Position numbers and translations under genes: made by a program
In this document: positions 61,012-64,000 of the stretch, piece by piece
Position numbering within the stretch: the first letter of the stretch is position 1
How the letters are laid out: the number at the start of each line of letters is the position of its first letter
The notes under the pieces: generated by a model
What the model was told of the DNA's origin: nothing
The model's input: only the letters and a program-made list of their open reading frames with translations
Databases searched by the model: none
Assembly: GCA_049520955.1 (NCBI GenBank)
Contig: JBEKPG010000005.1
Span: 2,817-66,816 of the forward strand
Length of the DNA: 64,000 nt
Source of the DNA: Candidatus Bathyarchaeia archaeon
GTDB lineage: Archaea; Thermoproteota; Bathyarchaeia; Bathyarchaeales; Bathycorpusculaceae
Direction: 5' to 3'

Positions 61012-62100
61012 TTACCTTGTTATTTTAGCTTGCCGCACGGTTTCCAAGCAGTTTTTAGCTTCGTTGTTATTTGCAAAGTAGCGCCTAACAGGTTCCAATA
61101 TGCCTGCAAGCTGGGTAGCAACACCGTTTTTTAGGTCTTGAGGATGCAGTTTGCCTTCTGCATAGGCTGATTCGAGCTCTTGGAAACTTTGGAACTGTAT
61201 GGTTCCTCCGAATTTTGCTGGGCGCTCGATTGCGAAGACCGATTTTTCTCGGAAAATTATGTACTTGCATATATCCAGAACTGGGTTGAATTTAACGGCT
61301 TTTTCTGGGCAGAAAGCTCGTACCATTTTCTGCTTTATCTCATCTGGGCTGTCATAGATGAATATGCATGTTTGGGGCTTGCTTTTAGACATCTTGGCTG
61401 AAGCTACGGCTTCTTTTTCCTGTCCCTCTGGAATCGGCCAAATTTTAGGCTTCTCTAAACCTTGCAGTAAATGATGGTGTATACAGACTGGTTTCCAGCA
61501 ACCGATTTTTTCGCCAATTTCCCGAGCCACAACGTTGGCTTTCCGCTGGTCCATGCCTAACTGACAAATTTTTACTTTCATATGAAAAATGTCTGCAACT
61601 TGCATAGGGGTGTACAGATAGTCTGAAACGTAATGAGCTTCAGCTTCCTGCCTGCCTGAAATCTCCAGGGTTCGCGTAGTTCGCGCTATAGTTAAGTTTT
61701 TCGCGATTGTAACTGTTTTAGCCCAGTAATCAATGTCTCTGTAGAGCTCATCAGAATAAATGAACTCAACTTTGTCTCCTGGCACGCCGAGGGCAAGCCA
61801 TGAATGCCTGAAGAGGTCAGCGGCTTTGCGGATGAGAGTTAAGTCGCCGCCTAACTTGTTGTTTAACCATGCATGCCAAGTTGCCAAAAATGCTTTGAAA
61901 TGAACTCCTGCTTCTGCGAAGTCTTTCATTTTGTAAGCACAAATAACGCCTGTTCCTAAATGTGCCAAACCAGAAGGCTCCCACCCGTTATAGGCTATAG
62001 GGTGTTCTTCTGTTTCCAAAAGGCTGCGCAAATCTTCCAGCGTTATTACCTCCTCTGTTGGCGGTCTGCAGATAAGCTCAATTTTTTTTTCTAAGTCCAA
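61012..62100 (-). CDS. tyrS: Tyrosine--tRNA ligase (archaeal type)
   Basis: YNGWEPSGLAHLG (HIGH-like), YTPMQVADI, GMDQRK, KMSKS. Confidence 0.93.
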   Translation of the reverse strand: MDLEKKIELICRPPTEEVITLEDLRSLLETEEHPIAYNGWEPSGLAHLGTGVICAYKMKDFAEAGVHFKAFLATWHAWLNNKLGGDLTLIRKAADLFRHSWLALGVPGDKVEFIYSDELYRDIDYWAKTVTIAKNLTIARTTRTLEISGRQEAEAHYVSDYLYTPMQVADIFHMKVKICQLGMDQRKANVVAREIGEKIGCWKPVCIHHHLLQGLEKPKIWPIPEGQEKEAVASAKMSKSKPQTCIFIYDSPDEIKQKMVRAFCPEKAVKFNPVLDICKYIIFREKSVFAIERPAKFGGTIQFQSFQELESAYAEGKLHPQDLKNGVATQLAGILEPVRRYFANNNEAKNCLETVRQAKITR

Positions 62101-62394
62101 ATTATTCCCAGCTTAACTCTTACATTGAATATGATTGTATTTAGGAATTTAAGAATGACAAAATTTGAAGTGCTGATATTTTAATCAGCAATGTCATTTC
62201 TAACTCCTAATTCTTTCCATTATAGCCTTTTTATTAATTAGGCTAATTTATTAGTTTTACCGAGACAATTCCCGTCTTAAGCTATCCGTTCAGTTTCATA
62301 CGAAGTTTACCTTTCGCATAAGGTAAACGTTCTTTAATGTGAATGAATGAAAAGTAGGTCTTGTCCACGACCTGCTTTGGTTGGAGGTTAGATT

Positions 62395-62601
62395 ATTAGG
62401 AAAAAGAAAGCGTTATTCGCTACACTCTGGTTATACACTTTTCTTCTTTGGTTCTATATTGTGCTAAGAATAGTCATCGATCAAGTCCCGCTAGATGGCT
62501 TGTTTCTTAATTATGTGCCGTTTTTCACGTTTATCGGACTTGGAATGATAACTTTTGTTTTAAGCATGATATTCATGTTTATGTTTCTTACTCAAAATTA
62601 G
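62395..62601 (+). CDS. Small membrane protein (68 aa) with apparent ATT start
   Basis: GGAGGT then ATT AGG AAA; RKKKALFATLWLYTFLLWFYIVLRIVIDQVPLDGLFLNYVPFFTFIGLGMITFVLSMIFMFMFLTQN, 2 TM. Confidence 0.5.
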   Translation: MRKKKALFATLWLYTFLLWFYIVLRIVIDQVPLDGLFLNYVPFFTFIGLGMITFVLSMIFMFMFLTQN

Positions 62602-62747
62602 AACTAATTGGGCATTCACGTAGATCCTGACTTGACACTTTTCTCGACTAAATGAAGGCAAGGGTTCTCCGCTAACTTTCCCGTAATAGCCTTTGTCTGA
62701 AATGCTTGTTGTGCTAGGAAAGTTTTTGCTTGAGCTTGCTTGAAATG

Positions 62748-64000
62748 TTATTGCTTGGCGGCTGCAACGTAAGGTTTGACCATTTTAGATGGATCTACGA
62801 TGCGGTCGAAGTCATCCTCAGTAACGAAGCCCAGCTTTAGGGCAGCCGCTTTTAACGTTAGGTCATTGTGCATTGCGTATTGCGCAATCTTTGATGCTTT
62901 GTCATAGCCTATGACAGGTACTAGTGCCGTAACGAGCATTGGTGAGCGGTCAACGTACTTCTTTATCCTCTTCAGGTTCGGCTGGGTTCCCTCTATGAGG
63001 AACTTGCGGAAGTTTGTGCATCCGTCAGCCATGATTGTGATTGATTGGGTCACGTTGAAGATAATTAAAGGCTTGTAAACGTTCATTTCGAGGTAACCTC
63101 CTGCTCCTCCGAAGCCCACAGCAACATCGTTTGCCATCACTTGGACTGCCACCATTGTAAGCGCCTCAGCCTGAGTTGGGTTTACCTTGCCGGGCATAAT
63201 TGAAGAGCCTGGCTCATTTTCTGGGATAACCAATTCAGCGAAACCTGCCTGCGGGCCGCACGACATAAGACGGATATCATTTGCTATCTTGTAAAGTGAA
63301 ACGGCCAGCGTACGTAACGTCCCGGAAAGCTGAACCAAATCATCATGCGCACCCTGCAAAGTGAACTTGTTTAACGCGCTAACGAACGGCAAACCCGTGA
63401 ACTTAGCGATTTCAGCGGCAGCCGCCTCGCCGAATCCGGGCTCCGAGTTGATTCCAGTACCCACTGCTGTACCCCCGATAGCGAGGCGGTAGACACCATG
63501 AAGAGAATCCTCAATCCTTTCAAGATTGTCCGCGAGCATGCCCCCATAACCTGACCATTCCTGCCCGAGCGTAATGGGTGTTGCATCCTGCATGTGGGTA
63601 CGACCGATCTTGATAATGTCCTTCCACTGTTCAGCTTTCGACGCAATTGCGTCGTGCAGTGCCTTCACTGCGGGGATCAAGTTCTCCTTCACATTAACTG
63701 CCGCCGCGATGCACATTGCAGATGGAAAAGTGTCGTTCGACGACTGGGACATGTTAGCGTGATCATTGGGGTGAACTGGAGTCTTACTTCCTAGCGGTGT
63801 TCCAGCGAGTTGGCAACACCTGTTAGAGATTACTTCGTTCACGTTCATGTTGAACTGTGTTCCGCTGCCCGACATCCAGACGTGTAATGGAAACATGTCG
63901 TGGAGCTGGCCTTTGAGGATTTCGTCACAGACCTGAACGATAAGTTCGTGGCGCTGTTTGTTAAGCCGCCCCTCTGCGTGGTTTGCGTTAGCTGCAGCTT
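62748..64000 (-). CDS. fumC: Class II fumarate hydratase (5' end beyond the window)
   Basis: [49 protein letters not shown]. Confidence 0.93.
   Translation of the reverse strand, partial: AAANANHAEGRLNKQRHELIVQVCDEILKGQLHDMFPLHVWMSGSGTQFNMNVNEVISNRCCQLAGTPLGSKTPVHPNDHANMSQSSNDTFPSAMCIAAAVNVKENLIPAVKALHDAIASKAEQWKDIIKIGRTHMQDATPITLGQEWSGYGGMLADNLERIEDSLHGVYRLAIGGTAVGTGINSEPGFGEAAAAEIAKFTGLPFVSALNKFTLQGAHDDLVQLSGTLRTLAVSLYKIANDIRLMSCGPQAGFAELVIPENEPGSSIMPGKVNPTQAEALTMVAVQVMANDVAVGFGGAGGYLEMNVYKPLIIFNVTQSITIMADGCTNFRKFLIEGTQPNLKRIKKYVDRSPMLVTALVPVIGYDKASKIAQYAMHNDLTLKAAALKLGFVTEDDFDRIVDPSKMVKPYVAAAKQ

Overview
This is an archaeal chromosome segment of about 42% GC (by eye). It is a TACK-type archaeon, most likely Bathyarchaeia; this is inferred from gatDE, elp3, rps30e, RIO2, Lsm, archaeal TyrRS and apgM, not from a database search. 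Positions 1-30.7 kb and 43.5-64 kb hold mostly core and metabolic genes: ABC exporters, pyrI, a gatD-gatE/elp3/S30e translation cluster, pyk+dPGM, glucan phosphorylase, MgtA, an ArsR redox operon, 2-oxoacid:ferredoxin oxidoreductase, nrdR-nrdD-nrdG, apgM, tyrS and a partial fumC. Between them is a 12.7 kb island. It is bounded by a 24-bp direct repeat of the 5' end of tRNA-Ser(GCT) (30790-30813 and 43503-43526) and has no visible integrase. The island is a mosaic of intact stress genes (aquaporin, CsbD, trehalose TPS/TPP fusion, membrane hydrolase) and gene or transposase fragments. Its segments are joined by (GC)3-5 runs that are almost absent from the rest of the window; this is the most striking unexplained signal. 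Other highlights: an HPPD-like Fe(II) 2-oxoacid enzyme paired with a GlcD-type FAD dehydrogenase, a YHS-glucan phosphorylase fusion, archaeal NrdR with candidate tandem boxes, a tandem double bacterioferritin, several Cys-rich microproteins missed by the ORF track, and a 10-bp-phased repeat array. No CRISPR array or rRNA was seen.
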